This document shows positions 1 through 10,192 of a stretch of 64,000 nucleotides of DNA, piece by piece. The stretch covers positions 24,393 through 88,392 of the forward strand of contig JBJFDL010000001.1 in assembly GCA_051889995.1 (NCBI GenBank), read 5' to 3'. Source of the DNA: Christensenellales bacterium (GTDB taxonomy: Bacteria > Bacillota > Clostridia > Christensenellales > UBA1242). Position 1 is the stretch's first letter. Every line of letters starts with the position of its first letter. Below the pieces are notes generated by a model, which worked only from the letters and a program-made list of their open reading frames with translations, was not told where the DNA came from and ran no database searches. Made by a program: the position numbers and the translations under genes.

Positions 1-2
1 AA

Positions 3-1163
3 AGTGCAGTAGGAGTCGAAGTTCCAAACAAAGAAATAGCCACTGTGTCTTTAAGGGAAATTCTAGAAAGCAAAGAATTTTATGGTTCAAAGGGCGTGTT
101 AACATTCGCCTTGGGTAAAGACATTAATGGTAATTGCAGAGTATGTAACATTGAAAAAATGCCACACTTATTAGTTGCCGGTTCAACTGGAAGTGGTAAA
201 AGTGTATGCTTAAATGTTTTGCTAGTTAGTTTATTATACAAATGTGGTCCAGATGACTTAAGGATTTTGCTTGTTGACCCTAAAAGAGTTGAATTTTCAA
301 TGTTTAATAATTTACCACATCTTTTAATTCCAGAAGTCATTTATAGCAGTGATAAAACAATTAATGCTTTGTCATATCTAATTAAAGAAATGGAAAGAAG
401 ATATGGTTTGTTTGAAGAAACATTCGTTAAAAAAATTGATGAATATAATCAAACACAAGAAGTTGCTAATGGCACACGAGAAAAACTACCATATATCATA
501 ATGATTATCGATGAAATGAATGACTTAATGAGTAGTAATAAGAAAGAAATTGAAGATAGAGTGTTGCGTATTGCACAAAAGGCGAGAGCAGCAGGTATTC
601 ATTTAATTTTGGCAACACAAAGACCATCAGTTGATGTTATTACAGGAACGATTAAAAACAATCTTCCATCGAGAATTGCATTTGCTGTTCAAAGCAGTAT
701 TGATAGTAGAACAATTTTAGACCGAAATGGTGCAGAAAAACTATTAGGACGTGGTGATATGTTATACTACCCACAAGAATTGCCTGAACCATCAAGAATT
801 CAATGTGCTTATGTTAGCAATGAAGAAGTTATGGCTGTTGTTAATTTTGTTAAGCAAAATAATGAGTGTTATTTTAGTGACGAAGCAGACAGGGAAATTA
901 ATAAAGTCAATGAATCATCTAGTGGTGTAGGCTATGACCCTAATGAAGTTGATTCATTAATGAGTGAAGCAGTTAAATATGTAATTGAAATTGGACAAGC
1001 AAGCATCAGTAAATTACAACGACGCTTTGGTATTGGTTTCTCGCGTGCTGGAAAAATTATTGACCAAATGGAACGCTTAAGATATATTTCTCCTGCTGAC
1101 GGAAGTAAGCCAAGAACAGTTTACATCACTATGGAAGAATATATACAGATATATGGAGAATAA
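3..1163 (+). CDS. ftsK: DNA translocase FtsK/SpoIIIE, 5'-truncated by window edge
   Basis: PHLLVAGSTGSGKS Walker A, IIDE Walker B, ATQRPSVDVITG, C-terminal gamma domain (SISKLQRRFGIGFSRAGKIID); frame open from base 3. Confidence 0.95.
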   Translation, partial: SAVGVEVPNKEIATVSLREILESKEFYGSKGVLTFALGKDINGNCRVCNIEKMPHLLVAGSTGSGKSVCLNVLLVSLLYKCGPDDLRILLVDPKRVEFSMFNNLPHLLIPEVIYSSDKTINALSYLIKEMERRYGLFEETFVKKIDEYNQTQEVANGTREKLPYIIMIIDEMNDLMSSNKKEIEDRVLRIAQKARAAGIHLILATQRPSVDVITGTIKNNLPSRIAFAVQSSIDSRTILDRNGAEKLLGRGDMLYYPQELPEPSRIQCAYVSNEEVMAVVNFVKQNNECYFSDEADREINKVNESSSGVGYDPNEVDSLMSEAVKYVIEIGQASISKLQRRFGIGFSRAGKIIDQMERLRYISPADGSKPRTVYITMEEYIQIYGE

Positions 1164-1164
1164 A

Positions 1165-2490
1165 ATGAACATTACAAAAGAAAAATTACTCAAAAAGAAA
1201 GTTGCATTAATAACACTTGGTTGTGATAAAAACAGAGTAGATGCAGAACAAATGTTATATTTTTTAAAAAATTATAATTTTACAATTGTTGGAAATGCTC
1301 TAGATGCTGAAATTGTCATCGTGAATACTTGTGCATTCATTAAAGATAGTCGAGAAGAAAGCATTATGACAATTCTAGAACTTAAAAATGCATCTAAAAA
1401 ACTTGAAAAATTAATTGTAACAGGTTGTTTACCACAAAAAAATTTGGAAGAATTAAAAAAAGAACTTCCTGAAGCCGATTTAATTTTGCCTTTAAAAGAA
1501 AATAAGTATATTGTAAGACATATTGAAAAACTATATGGTGTGAAAGATGATTTTACTCCAACATTTTGTAATTTAAATCGTGTTGTTTCAACTCCTCTAA
1601 ACTATGCTTATTTAAAAATTGCAGATGGATGTAATAACTTTTGTTCATATTGCACAATTCCTTTTATTAGAGGAAGATATCGTTCTGAACGAATGGAAAA
1701 ACTTGTGCTTGAAGCGCAAGAATTAGTCAATAATGGCACAAGTGAGATTATTTTAATAGCACAAGATGTCACTAAATATGGATATGATTTATATGGAGAG
1801 TATAAGTTAGTAGAATTAATTAAGAAGTTAAGCGAAATTGAAAATTTAAAATGGATTAGACTGTTATATTGCTATCCTGAATTAATCAATGATGAACTTA
1901 TTGAAGAAATAGATAATAACCCAAAAGTTTGTAAATACATCGACATACCTTTTCAACACATCAGCGATAAAATTTTGACCAAAATGAACAGAAAAGGTGA
2001 TAAACAAAGAATCATTTCAATAACTGAAAAATTAAGAAATTGTAAAAATTATATAAGCATTAGAAGCACTTTCATAATTGGTTTTCCAGGTGAAACTCGT
2101 AAAGATTTTAAAGAAATGAAAAACTTTTTATCAAAATATAAACTTGATAACGTTGGCTTTTTTGCTTATTCAAAAGAGGAAGGAACTAAAGCCTTTTATA
2201 TGAAAAGGCAAATTCCTAAATTAATTAAAAAAATTCGCTTAAAAGATATACAAAATTTACAAAAAAATGTTATAATAGAAAATAATCAAAGATTGGTTGG
2301 CAAAACACTAACTTGTGTTTGTGAGCAAGACCTTGAAGGTAATAAAGTTTTAAGAAGTGAATATAACAGTCCTGTTATTGACACTTTAGTTTACATAAAA
2401 AATACCGATAAGCTTGAACTTTATAAATACTATCAAGTTTTAATAACCGATACAAATGATATAGATTTAATAGGAGAGATTAAAAAATGA
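1165..2490 (+). CDS. rimO: ribosomal protein S12 methylthiotransferase RimO
   Basis: LGCDKNRVDAE, NTCAFI, KIADGCNNFCSYC; canonical ftsK-rimO-pgsA-recA order; start 1165 or 1153. Confidence 0.92.
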   Translation: MNITKEKLLKKKVALITLGCDKNRVDAEQMLYFLKNYNFTIVGNALDAEIVIVNTCAFIKDSREESIMTILELKNASKKLEKLIVTGCLPQKNLEELKKELPEADLILPLKENKYIVRHIEKLYGVKDDFTPTFCNLNRVVSTPLNYAYLKIADGCNNFCSYCTIPFIRGRYRSERMEKLVLEAQELVNNGTSEIILIAQDVTKYGYDLYGEYKLVELIKKLSEIENLKWIRLLYCYPELINDELIEEIDNNPKVCKYIDIPFQHISDKILTKMNRKGDKQRIISITEKLRNCKNYISIRSTFIIGFPGETRKDFKEMKNFLSKYKLDNVGFFAYSKEEGTKAFYMKRQIPKLIKKIRLKDIQNLQKNVIIENNQRLVGKTLTCVCEQDLEGNKVLRSEYNSPVIDTLVYIKNTDKLELYKYYQVLITDTNDIDLIGEIKK

Positions 2491-3074
2491 AAATGAACTT
2501 ACCAAATAAAATAACCACTGCTAGACTTATTTTGATTCCACTTGTTGTATTTTTTTATCTAGCAACTTTTATTCCCAATAATATTGGAAAATTTATTGCT
2601 TTAGGTTTATTTATGCTTGCTGCATACACTGACCATCTAGATGGATATTATGCTAGAAAATTAAATCAAGTAACAAATTTAGGAACATTTTTAGATTCCA
2701 CAGCAGATAAATTGTTAGTTTTTGCAACTTTAATTTTGGTTTGTGTCGATCACACAATTCCACCAATTTTTGCTGAATTAATTTTGATAATTATGATGTC
2801 AAGAGATTTCTTAATTAGCGCTTTAAGACAAGTTGCTGCAAGCAATAATGTTGTTATTAGTGCAGATAAATTAGGCAAATTAAAGACATTATTACAAGAT
2901 ATTGGATTATCTGCTTTGTTGTTATTTGTTGCATTAAATGGCGTTTTAGGCAATCAATTAATTCTTGACATTGTTATGTGGATTGGTTATTGTATTATGG
3001 GGCTAGCAACACTTGTAAGTCTTATAAGTGGTGTTAATTATTTAGTTAAAAATAAGGGAGTTTTTAAAGTATAA
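2487..3074 (+). CDS. pgsA: CDP-diacylglycerol--glycerol-3-phosphate 3-phosphatidyltransferase
   Basis: MNLPNKIT, DxxDGxxARxxxxxTxxGxxLDxxxD motif. Confidence 0.93.
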   Translation: MKMNLPNKITTARLILIPLVVFFYLATFIPNNIGKFIALGLFMLAAYTDHLDGYYARKLNQVTNLGTFLDSTADKLLVFATLILVCVDHTIPPIFAELILIIMMSRDFLISALRQVAASNNVVISADKLGKLKTLLQDIGLSALLLFVALNGVLGNQLILDIVMWIGYCIMGLATLVSLISGVNYLVKNKGVFKV

Positions 3075-3075
3075 T

Positions 3076-4071
3076 ATGGATGAAAATAAAAAGAAAGCAT
3101 TAGACACTGTAATTTTACAACTTGAAAAACAATTTGGTAAAGGCAGTGTTATCAAAATGGACCAACACTTTAACGGTGATGTAGAAGTCATACCAACTGG
3201 CTGTATTGCCATAGATAAAGCGTTAGGAATAGGTGGTGTTCCAAGAGGAAGAATTGTTGAAATTTATGGACCTGAAAGCAGTGGTAAAACAACTGTTGCA
3301 TTGACAATTGTTGCACAATCTCAAAAAATGGGTGGAACTTGCGCATATATTGATGCTGAACATGCACTTGACCCAACTTATGCTGAAAATTTAGGTGTAA
3401 ACATAAGTGAACTTTATGTATCTCAACCAGACACTGGTGAACAAGGCCTAGAAATTTGTGAAGCGTTAGTTAGAAGTGGAGCAATCGATTTAGTTGTTAT
3501 AGATTCTGTTGCTGCTTTAACACCGAAGGCTGAAATTGATGGAGAAATGGGAGATAGTTTCATTGGACTACAAGCAAGACTAATGAGTCAAGCTTTAAGA
3601 AAATTAACAGCAATTGTTTCTAAAACAAACACTTGTGTCATTTTTATTAACCAATTAAGAGAAAAGGTTGGAGTTATGTTTGGAAGTCCTGAAACAACGC
3701 CTGGTGGAAAAGCTTTAAAATTCTATTCAAGCATTCGTTTAGATGTTAGAAAAGTTGACACAATTAAAAATGGCGATGAAGTTTTAGGGAATAAAACAAA
3801 AATCAAAGTTGTTAAGAACAAAATGGCACCTCCATTCAAAGTTGCAGAATTTGAAATTATGTTTGGAAAAGGAATTTCAAAGTCTGGTTCACTATTAGAT
3901 GCCGCTGTAGAATTAGATATTATTGAAAAAAGTGGTGCATGGTTTAGCTATAATGGAGAAAAAATTGGACAAGGTAAAGAAAATGCAAAAGCCTTCCTAG
4001 AAAATAATCAAGAAATTTATGCCGAAATTGAAGAAAAAGTAAAAAATGCAATATCATCAAAAGGTGAATAA
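3076..4071 (+). CDS. recA: recombinase RecA
   Basis: [37 protein letters not shown]. Confidence 0.99.
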   Translation: MDENKKKALDTVILQLEKQFGKGSVIKMDQHFNGDVEVIPTGCIAIDKALGIGGVPRGRIVEIYGPESSGKTTVALTIVAQSQKMGGTCAYIDAEHALDPTYAENLGVNISELYVSQPDTGEQGLEICEALVRSGAIDLVVIDSVAALTPKAEIDGEMGDSFIGLQARLMSQALRKLTAIVSKTNTCVIFINQLREKVGVMFGSPETTPGGKALKFYSSIRLDVRKVDTIKNGDEVLGNKTKIKVVKNKMAPPFKVAEFEIMFGKGISKSGSLLDAAVELDIIEKSGAWFSYNGEKIGQGKENAKAFLENNQEIYAEIEEKVKNAISSKGE

Positions 4072-4078
4072 TAAATTA

Positions 4079-4110
4079 AAAAATGAGTCCTAACTTCAGG
4101 GCTCATTTTT
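4079..4110 (+). terminator. intrinsic terminator after recA (probably bidirectional)
   Basis: AAATGAGTCC-loop-GGGCTCATTTTT hairpin between convergent genes. Confidence 0.75.
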
Positions 4111-4159
4111 ATTGATTAATTTAGTCCTATATTCTAATTTTGCTTAACAACGAATGAAA

Positions 4160-6421
4160 CTACTCTAAAATGATGAATTTAACGACATTACTTTGGCTTT
4201 TAGCGCTTGGTGTAAATGTTGAATAATTATATGCATAACATTCAACATAATAATCATAAAATACATCCGTTAAAGCGGTTTCATCGACAAAAGAAATTTC
4301 ACCTTTTTTATTTTTTATTGTATCTAAAATTTTTGTTTCGTCTTCTTCAATTCTAAAAATTTTATAAATTAAATATTTTTGTGCATTAAAGGTTATTTGT
4401 GGCTTGCCATCCACTAGTTTAACTGTAATATTACTCATTTTAGGATTAGAATAAGATGGACTAGTTTTAAAATTTGCAAACTTTTTATTTACTTCAATGT
4501 TTTTTACATAAACAGGTGGCGTATTTTCTCCTGCCAGCATAATTTGGTGTTCGTTTTCAAGCGCTGTTTCATCTATTTTTATTGTTATTATACCATTTGG
4601 TGCCTTGTCAAAATTATCAATTTTAATGTTTTCATGGCTTTTTAACATAATTTCTTTTAACATACTACTTGCATAAGTTCCGCCGTTGTTTTTACCTTCT
4701 AAATTATATTCTGTTTTATATGATGTGTTGCCTAACCAAACACCACAGGTTTTATTTTTTGTATAAGCAACTGAATATGCATCTGTGTTTAAATTAGTAT
4801 TTTTAATTCCGACCGTTCCTGTTTTTCCAGCGACCTCAAAAGGAAGTGAATTAAGTCTTTTACTTGTTCCATTTTTAACGCCAGCAATTAACATTTTATT
4901 CATTAAATAAGCGCTTTCTTCACTCATAACTTGTGTTTTTCTTTCTTGATTTTTCCATAAAACTTTTCCATTATCTGTTTGAATTTCTTTAATGAAACGA
5001 GAAGCTGTGAAATTGCCCTTTTGCGAAAATGGGAGGAAAGTGTTAGTCAAACTTATTAAATTTGTTCCATACTTAAATCCACCTAATGCTAAAGCATAAT
5101 TATTACCTTCATTTGCTAAATCTAAATTCACCTTTTTTACAAAATTCTTACAATTATCAATGCCAACTTCTTTCATAATTTTAACGGCAGGGATGTTTAA
5201 AGATTGTTCTATTGCCTCAGTAGTTGTAACATAACCATGGAAAACGTGACCAACATTATTAGGTTTATATCCATCATAATCTATTTTTTCATCTAAAATT
5301 AAACTATCAGGATTGATAATCCCTTTTTCTAGAGCAGGACTATAAACTAAAATTGGTTTTATAGTTGAACCTGGCTGACGTTTGATTGTTATTAAATTGT
5401 AATCACATTTTCCATAAAAAGCGTTCACTCCACCTGTTTCATTATCTATAACTACAGCACAACTATCGGCTGTGTTTCCATAACTGTTTTTATGATAATA
5501 TGAATCATTATTAATAATATCTATTAACTCATTTTGTAATTTACTATCTTGATATGTAAAAATTTTAACACCAATCATTTTTAAATCTTGTTCGTTCAAG
5601 TTTAATAAGTTTTCTGCTTCTAAAATAACTGCTTGTTCATATATATCTTTTTGTCTTTCTTGAAGGTTTAAAGTTATTTCTTTTGTTATGTTTTCTTCAT
5701 ATTCTTCTTTAGTAATTTTTCCATCTTTTTTCATTTCAGATAAAACCAAATTTTTACGATTAAATGAATTCTCATAATTTAATATGGGTGAGTATTTTGT
5801 TGGTGCTTTAATTAATCCAGCAAGGCAACAAACTTCATTTAAAGAAAGTTCACTGCTAGATTTTCCAAAGTAATTATAACTGGCATTTTCAAGCCCATAA
5901 GAATTATTTCCAAAATATATTACATTTAAATATGTTTCTAAAATGTCATCCTTTGAAAAGTTTTTTTCTAATTTTTTTGTTAATACAATTTCTTTAAGTT
6001 TACGAGAAAGTGTTTTTTCACTGTTTAAATGTGTGTTTTTAATTAACTGCTGACTAATTGTTGAACCACCTTCTTTAACATATCCACTTTTAATGTTGTT
6101 TATTAAGCTCGCCACCATTCGTTTATAGTTTAATCCCTTGTGGGAATAAAACTTTTTATCTTCAATGCTAATAAAAGCATCTTTAACATATTTTGGAAGT
6201 TTTTCAATATCAACAACCATATTTGCTTTATTGGCTTTTAAAACATTTCCATTGTTATCAAACATTTCGATTTTGCTTGATGCCGAAATTAATAAGTCTT
6301 TATCAAAAGTTACAGTGTTAGCAGATTTAATTGCATTGTTTAAAAAAAATGCAAAAACAATTAAAATAACGCCCAAAAATGATAGAAAGGTAATTAAACT
6401 AATTTTGAAAAATTTTTTCAT
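4160..6421 (-). CDS. class A penicillin-binding protein (transglycosylase/transpeptidase)
   Basis: N-terminal TM, EDKKFYSHKG, GGSTISQQLIKN, STIK, SLN, KTGT motifs; start placed at MKKFF. Confidence 0.92.
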   Translation of the reverse strand: MKKFFKISLITFLSFLGVILIVFAFFLNNAIKSANTVTFDKDLLISASSKIEMFDNNGNVLKANKANMVVDIEKLPKYVKDAFISIEDKKFYSHKGLNYKRMVASLINNIKSGYVKEGGSTISQQLIKNTHLNSEKTLSRKLKEIVLTKKLEKNFSKDDILETYLNVIYFGNNSYGLENASYNYFGKSSSELSLNEVCCLAGLIKAPTKYSPILNYENSFNRKNLVLSEMKKDGKITKEEYEENITKEITLNLQERQKDIYEQAVILEAENLLNLNEQDLKMIGVKIFTYQDSKLQNELIDIINNDSYYHKNSYGNTADSCAVVIDNETGGVNAFYGKCDYNLITIKRQPGSTIKPILVYSPALEKGIINPDSLILDEKIDYDGYKPNNVGHVFHGYVTTTEAIEQSLNIPAVKIMKEVGIDNCKNFVKKVNLDLANEGNNYALALGGFKYGTNLISLTNTFLPFSQKGNFTASRFIKEIQTDNGKVLWKNQERKTQVMSEESAYLMNKMLIAGVKNGTSKRLNSLPFEVAGKTGTVGIKNTNLNTDAYSVAYTKNKTCGVWLGNTSYKTEYNLEGKNNGGTYASSMLKEIMLKSHENIKIDNFDKAPNGIITIKIDETALENEHQIMLAGENTPPVYVKNIEVNKKFANFKTSPSYSNPKMSNITVKLVDGKPQITFNAQKYLIYKIFRIEEDETKILDTIKNKKGEISFVDETALTDVFYDYYVECYAYNYSTFTPSAKSQSNVVKFIILE

Positions 6422-6490
6422 AATGATAGTATTTGTTTTTTTAGTTAAATTATGTTGAAAAAAGTCCAAAAAAAGTATATAATTATTACT

Positions 6491-7621
6491 ATGAAAAAAT
6501 ATTTAGTAATAACATATGGTTGCCAAATGAATATTCACGAAAGCGAAAAGTTGGCGGGAATGTTAGAAGAACTTGGCTATAGTAAAACAGAAAATAAAGA
6601 AGAAGCAGACATAATTGTATTCAACACTTGTTGCATAAGACAAGGAGCAGAAGATAGGGCATTTGGAAATATCGGCGCATTAAAAGGATTAAAAAAGAAA
6701 AATCCTGACCTAATTATTGCTGTTTGTGGTTGTATGACACAACAAGCAGATAGGGTTGAAAAATTAAAAACAAGTTATCCTTTTGTCGATATAGTTTTTG
6801 GCACGCATAATCTTTTTATGTTTAAAGATTTTGTTATGCAAAAATTAGAAACGAAAAAACGCGTTTTTGCACTATCGTTAGATGATAAACTAATGCCAGA
6901 ACAGACTAATATGGTTCGAGATGATGATTATAATGCGTATGTAAACATAATTTATGGTTGCAACAATTATTGTTCATATTGTATTGTTCCTTATGTAAGG
7001 GGAAGAGAAAGAAGTCGTGATTTTAATGAAATTGTGGAAGAGGTAAAAGATTTAATCAATAAAGGCTATAAATCAATCACGCTTTTAGGACAAAATGTTA
7101 ATAGTTATGGCAATGATATTAATGATGAAAGTGTAAATTTTAATAATCTGTTAAAAACTCTAGCAAAACTTGATGGTGATTTTGTTATTAAATTTATGAC
7201 AAGTCATCCTAAAGACTTATCTTTTGATGTTGTAGACACTATTAGCGAAAATGAAAAATTATCAAATGAAATCCATTTACCAGTTCAAAGTGGTAGTAAC
7301 AAAATCTTAAAAGCAATGAATAGAAAATATACCATTGAACACTATTTGGAAATTATTGATTACATAAGAAAGAAAATCCCAAATGCACGAATTACAACAG
7401 ATATAATTGTTGGTTTTCCCGGGGAAACAGAAGAAGATTTCAATGAAACCGTTAATTTAATAAAAAGAGTTAGATATGATGGAATTTTTGCTTATATGTA
7501 TTCAGTTAGAAATGGAACTAAAGCAGAAACAATGCCTAATCATATTCCTTTTGAAGTTAAAAATAGACGTGTTAATGAAATTTTAAAACTTGAAAAAGAA
7601 TTATTAAAAACGAAGGAGTAA
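6491..7621 (+). CDS. miaB: tRNA-2-methylthio-N6-dimethylallyladenosine synthase MiaB (no C-terminal TRAM domain)
   Basis: TYGCQMNIHESE, NTCCIRQGAE, GCNNYCSYCIVPYVRGRERSR; miaB-mutS-mutL-miaA order. Confidence 0.9.
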   Translation: MKKYLVITYGCQMNIHESEKLAGMLEELGYSKTENKEEADIIVFNTCCIRQGAEDRAFGNIGALKGLKKKNPDLIIAVCGCMTQQADRVEKLKTSYPFVDIVFGTHNLFMFKDFVMQKLETKKRVFALSLDDKLMPEQTNMVRDDDYNAYVNIIYGCNNYCSYCIVPYVRGRERSRDFNEIVEEVKDLINKGYKSITLLGQNVNSYGNDINDESVNFNNLLKTLAKLDGDFVIKFMTSHPKDLSFDVVDTISENEKLSNEIHLPVQSGSNKILKAMNRKYTIEHYLEIIDYIRKKIPNARITTDIIVGFPGETEEDFNETVNLIKRVRYDGIFAYMYSVRNGTKAETMPNHIPFEVKNRRVNEILKLEKELLKTKE

Positions 7622-7623
7622 AT

Positions 7624-10182
7624 ATGGAAAAAAAGCCATCTAAAATGATGCAACATTATTTAATAACCAAAGAAAAAAATAAAGATGTTATTTTGTTTTA
7701 TCGATTGGGCGATTTTTATGAAATGTTTTATGAAGATGCAATATTGTGTAGTAAAATTTTGGACTTAACTTTAACAAGCAAAGCATGTGGATTAGATGAG
7801 AAAGCCCCTATGTGTGGAATTCCAGCGAAAGCGTGCGACCTATATCTTAAAAGATTATTATCCATGGGTTATAAAGTTGGAATTTGTGAACAATTAACAG
7901 AACCAAGTAAAAATTCTAAGGAAATTATCGAAAGAGATGTTATAAGAATTGTAACTCCGGGAACTGTTATGGAAGAGGAAATTCTTGAAGAAAAGAAAAA
8001 CAATTTTATATGTTGTATTTACTACTCAAAAGAATATTATATTGCTTTTTCAGATATTTCAACTGGTGAATTTTATATTACAAAAGAAGCGACTTTGCAA
8101 AAACTGAACGACTTTTTAATTATGATTAATCCTGCTGAAATTATATGTAATAATGAAATGAAATTAGAAAGTTTAAACTTAAATAAAATTACTTTAAGTT
8201 CGTTGCCTGAATTTTATGCTTTTGATGAATTTAATTTAAAAAATAGTGAAGAGTTATTTTACAATCAGTTTAAAACTACTAACTATAAGATTTTCGAAAT
8301 AACAAATAACAACGAATTAATTGTTGTTGGTGGACTTTTAGCTTATTTACTAAAAACACAAAAAAGAAATTTAACACACATTAACACAATTAAATATTAT
8401 TATTCAAAAGACTATATGTATTTGGATGTTAATACTAGAAAAAATCTTGAACTTACAAGTCAGGGAAGAGAAGGTAAAAAACGTGGAAGTTTGTTATGGC
8501 TTTTAGATAAAACTAACACTGCTATGGGAGGAAGAACATTACGCAATTTTGTTGAACAACCATTAAAAAACAGTGTAAAAATTAATCAAAGACTAGATGC
8601 TGTCGAAGAACTTTATGATAATTTAATAAAACGTGAAGAAATTATAGAAATTTTAAAACAAATTCACGATACCGAAAGATTATCTTCTAAAATAAGTTAT
8701 GGTTCAATATCTCCAAGAGAATGTGTGAGCATAAAAAACAGTTTGAAATTGTTTCCAGTTTTAAAGGAGTTATTATTAAGTTTTAAAAGCGAGTTATTAC
8801 AAGAGATTAGAGAAAAGATTGATGACTTTTCGGATGTTACAAACTTACTAGAAAGTGCTTTAAAAGAAGACACTGAAACAAATAATTATAAAGACGGCGA
8901 CTACATAAAATTTGGTTATGATTCTCAACTTGATGATTTTGTAAATGCATCTAAAAATGGAAAGCAATGGATTAATAATTTAGCAGAAGTTGAACGAGAA
9001 GAAACGGGCATCAAAGGACTAAAAATTGAATATAATCGTGTTTTTGGTTATTACATTGAAGTTACTAATTCACAAAAAGATTTAGTGCCAATGAGATATA
9101 TAAGAAAACAAACGTTAACTAATGCAGAAAGATATTACACAGAAGAATTAAAATCGTTAGAAGAGAAAGTTTTAGGTTGCGAAGAAAAGGCCTTAAAACG
9201 CGAAATTGAGTTGTTCACTAACATTAGAGAAGAATTAAAGAAAAATGTTACTAAACTTCAACTTTCAAGTAGATATGTTGGCCTGCTTGACGCAATAATA
9301 TCTTTAAGCGAAGTTGCAAGTGAAAATAACTATGTTAAGCCAACAATTAATGAAAATATAAAACACATAAAAATCATTGATGGAAGGCATCCTGTTGTTG
9401 AAAGTTTATTAAACAAAGGTGAGTTTATTGCAAACGACACTTATCTAAATGAAGATAGCGATAGAACCATGATAATAACGGGGCCAAATATGGCTGGGAA
9501 AAGCACATATATGCGACAAGTTGCATTAATCACTTTACTAGCACATATTGGAAGTTTTGTGCCTGCTAAACTTGCTGAAATATCTTTAACGGATAGAATT
9601 TTTACAAGAATTGGTGCAAGTGATGACTTGATTTATGGCCAAAGCACATTTATGGTTGAAATGACAGAAGTGGCTACAATATTAGCAAATGCAACAAACC
9701 AAAGTTTAATATTGCTTGATGAAGTTGGCCGTGGCACTGCGACTTTTGATGGTTTAAGCATTGCTTGGAGTGTGATGGAATATCTTTCAAACAACATAAA
9801 AGCAAAAACTCTATTTTCAACTCATTACCACGAATTGACAGAACTTGAAGGAAAATTAGATGGGGTTAAAAATTATAGAATTACTGTTAAAGAATTTAAT
9901 GGAAGTGTAATATTTTTAAGAAAAATAGCCAGAGGTGGTGCTAACAAGAGTTTTGGTATTGAAGTTGCTAAATTGGCAGGACTACCAAAGGAATTGATTG
10001 AAAAAAGTAAAATTATTTTAAGTGAGTTAGAAAGTAAAGATTTATTGAAAGAAAATATAGATGTAAATCAATTTTCTGGACAAGCAAAACAAATTATATC
10101 AATGCTGAAAGATATAGACTTAAATTCAATAACTCCACTTGAAGCATTATCAATTTTATCAACATTAAAAGAAAAATTATAA
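7624..10182 (+). CDS. mutS: DNA mismatch repair protein MutS
   Basis: GDFYEMF, ITGPNMAGKSTYMRQ, STFMVEM, DEVGRGT. Confidence 0.98.
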   Translation: MEKKPSKMMQHYLITKEKNKDVILFYRLGDFYEMFYEDAILCSKILDLTLTSKACGLDEKAPMCGIPAKACDLYLKRLLSMGYKVGICEQLTEPSKNSKEIIERDVIRIVTPGTVMEEEILEEKKNNFICCIYYSKEYYIAFSDISTGEFYITKEATLQKLNDFLIMINPAEIICNNEMKLESLNLNKITLSSLPEFYAFDEFNLKNSEELFYNQFKTTNYKIFEITNNNELIVVGGLLAYLLKTQKRNLTHINTIKYYYSKDYMYLDVNTRKNLELTSQGREGKKRGSLLWLLDKTNTAMGGRTLRNFVEQPLKNSVKINQRLDAVEELYDNLIKREEIIEILKQIHDTERLSSKISYGSISPRECVSIKNSLKLFPVLKELLLSFKSELLQEIREKIDDFSDVTNLLESALKEDTETNNYKDGDYIKFGYDSQLDDFVNASKNGKQWINNLAEVEREETGIKGLKIEYNRVFGYYIEVTNSQKDLVPMRYIRKQTLTNAERYYTEELKSLEEKVLGCEEKALKREIELFTNIREELKKNVTKLQLSSRYVGLLDAIISLSEVASENNYVKPTINENIKHIKIIDGRHPVVESLLNKGEFIANDTYLNEDSDRTMIITGPNMAGKSTYMRQVALITLLAHIGSFVPAKLAEISLTDRIFTRIGASDDLIYGQSTFMVEMTEVATILANATNQSLILLDEVGRGTATFDGLSIAWSVMEYLSNNIKAKTLFSTHYHELTELEGKLDGVKNYRITVKEFNGSVIFLRKIARGGANKSFGIEVAKLAGLPKELIEKSKIILSELESKDLLKENIDVNQFSGQAKQIISMLKDIDLNSITPLEALSILSTLKEKL

Positions 10183-10192
10183 AAGGGAAAAT

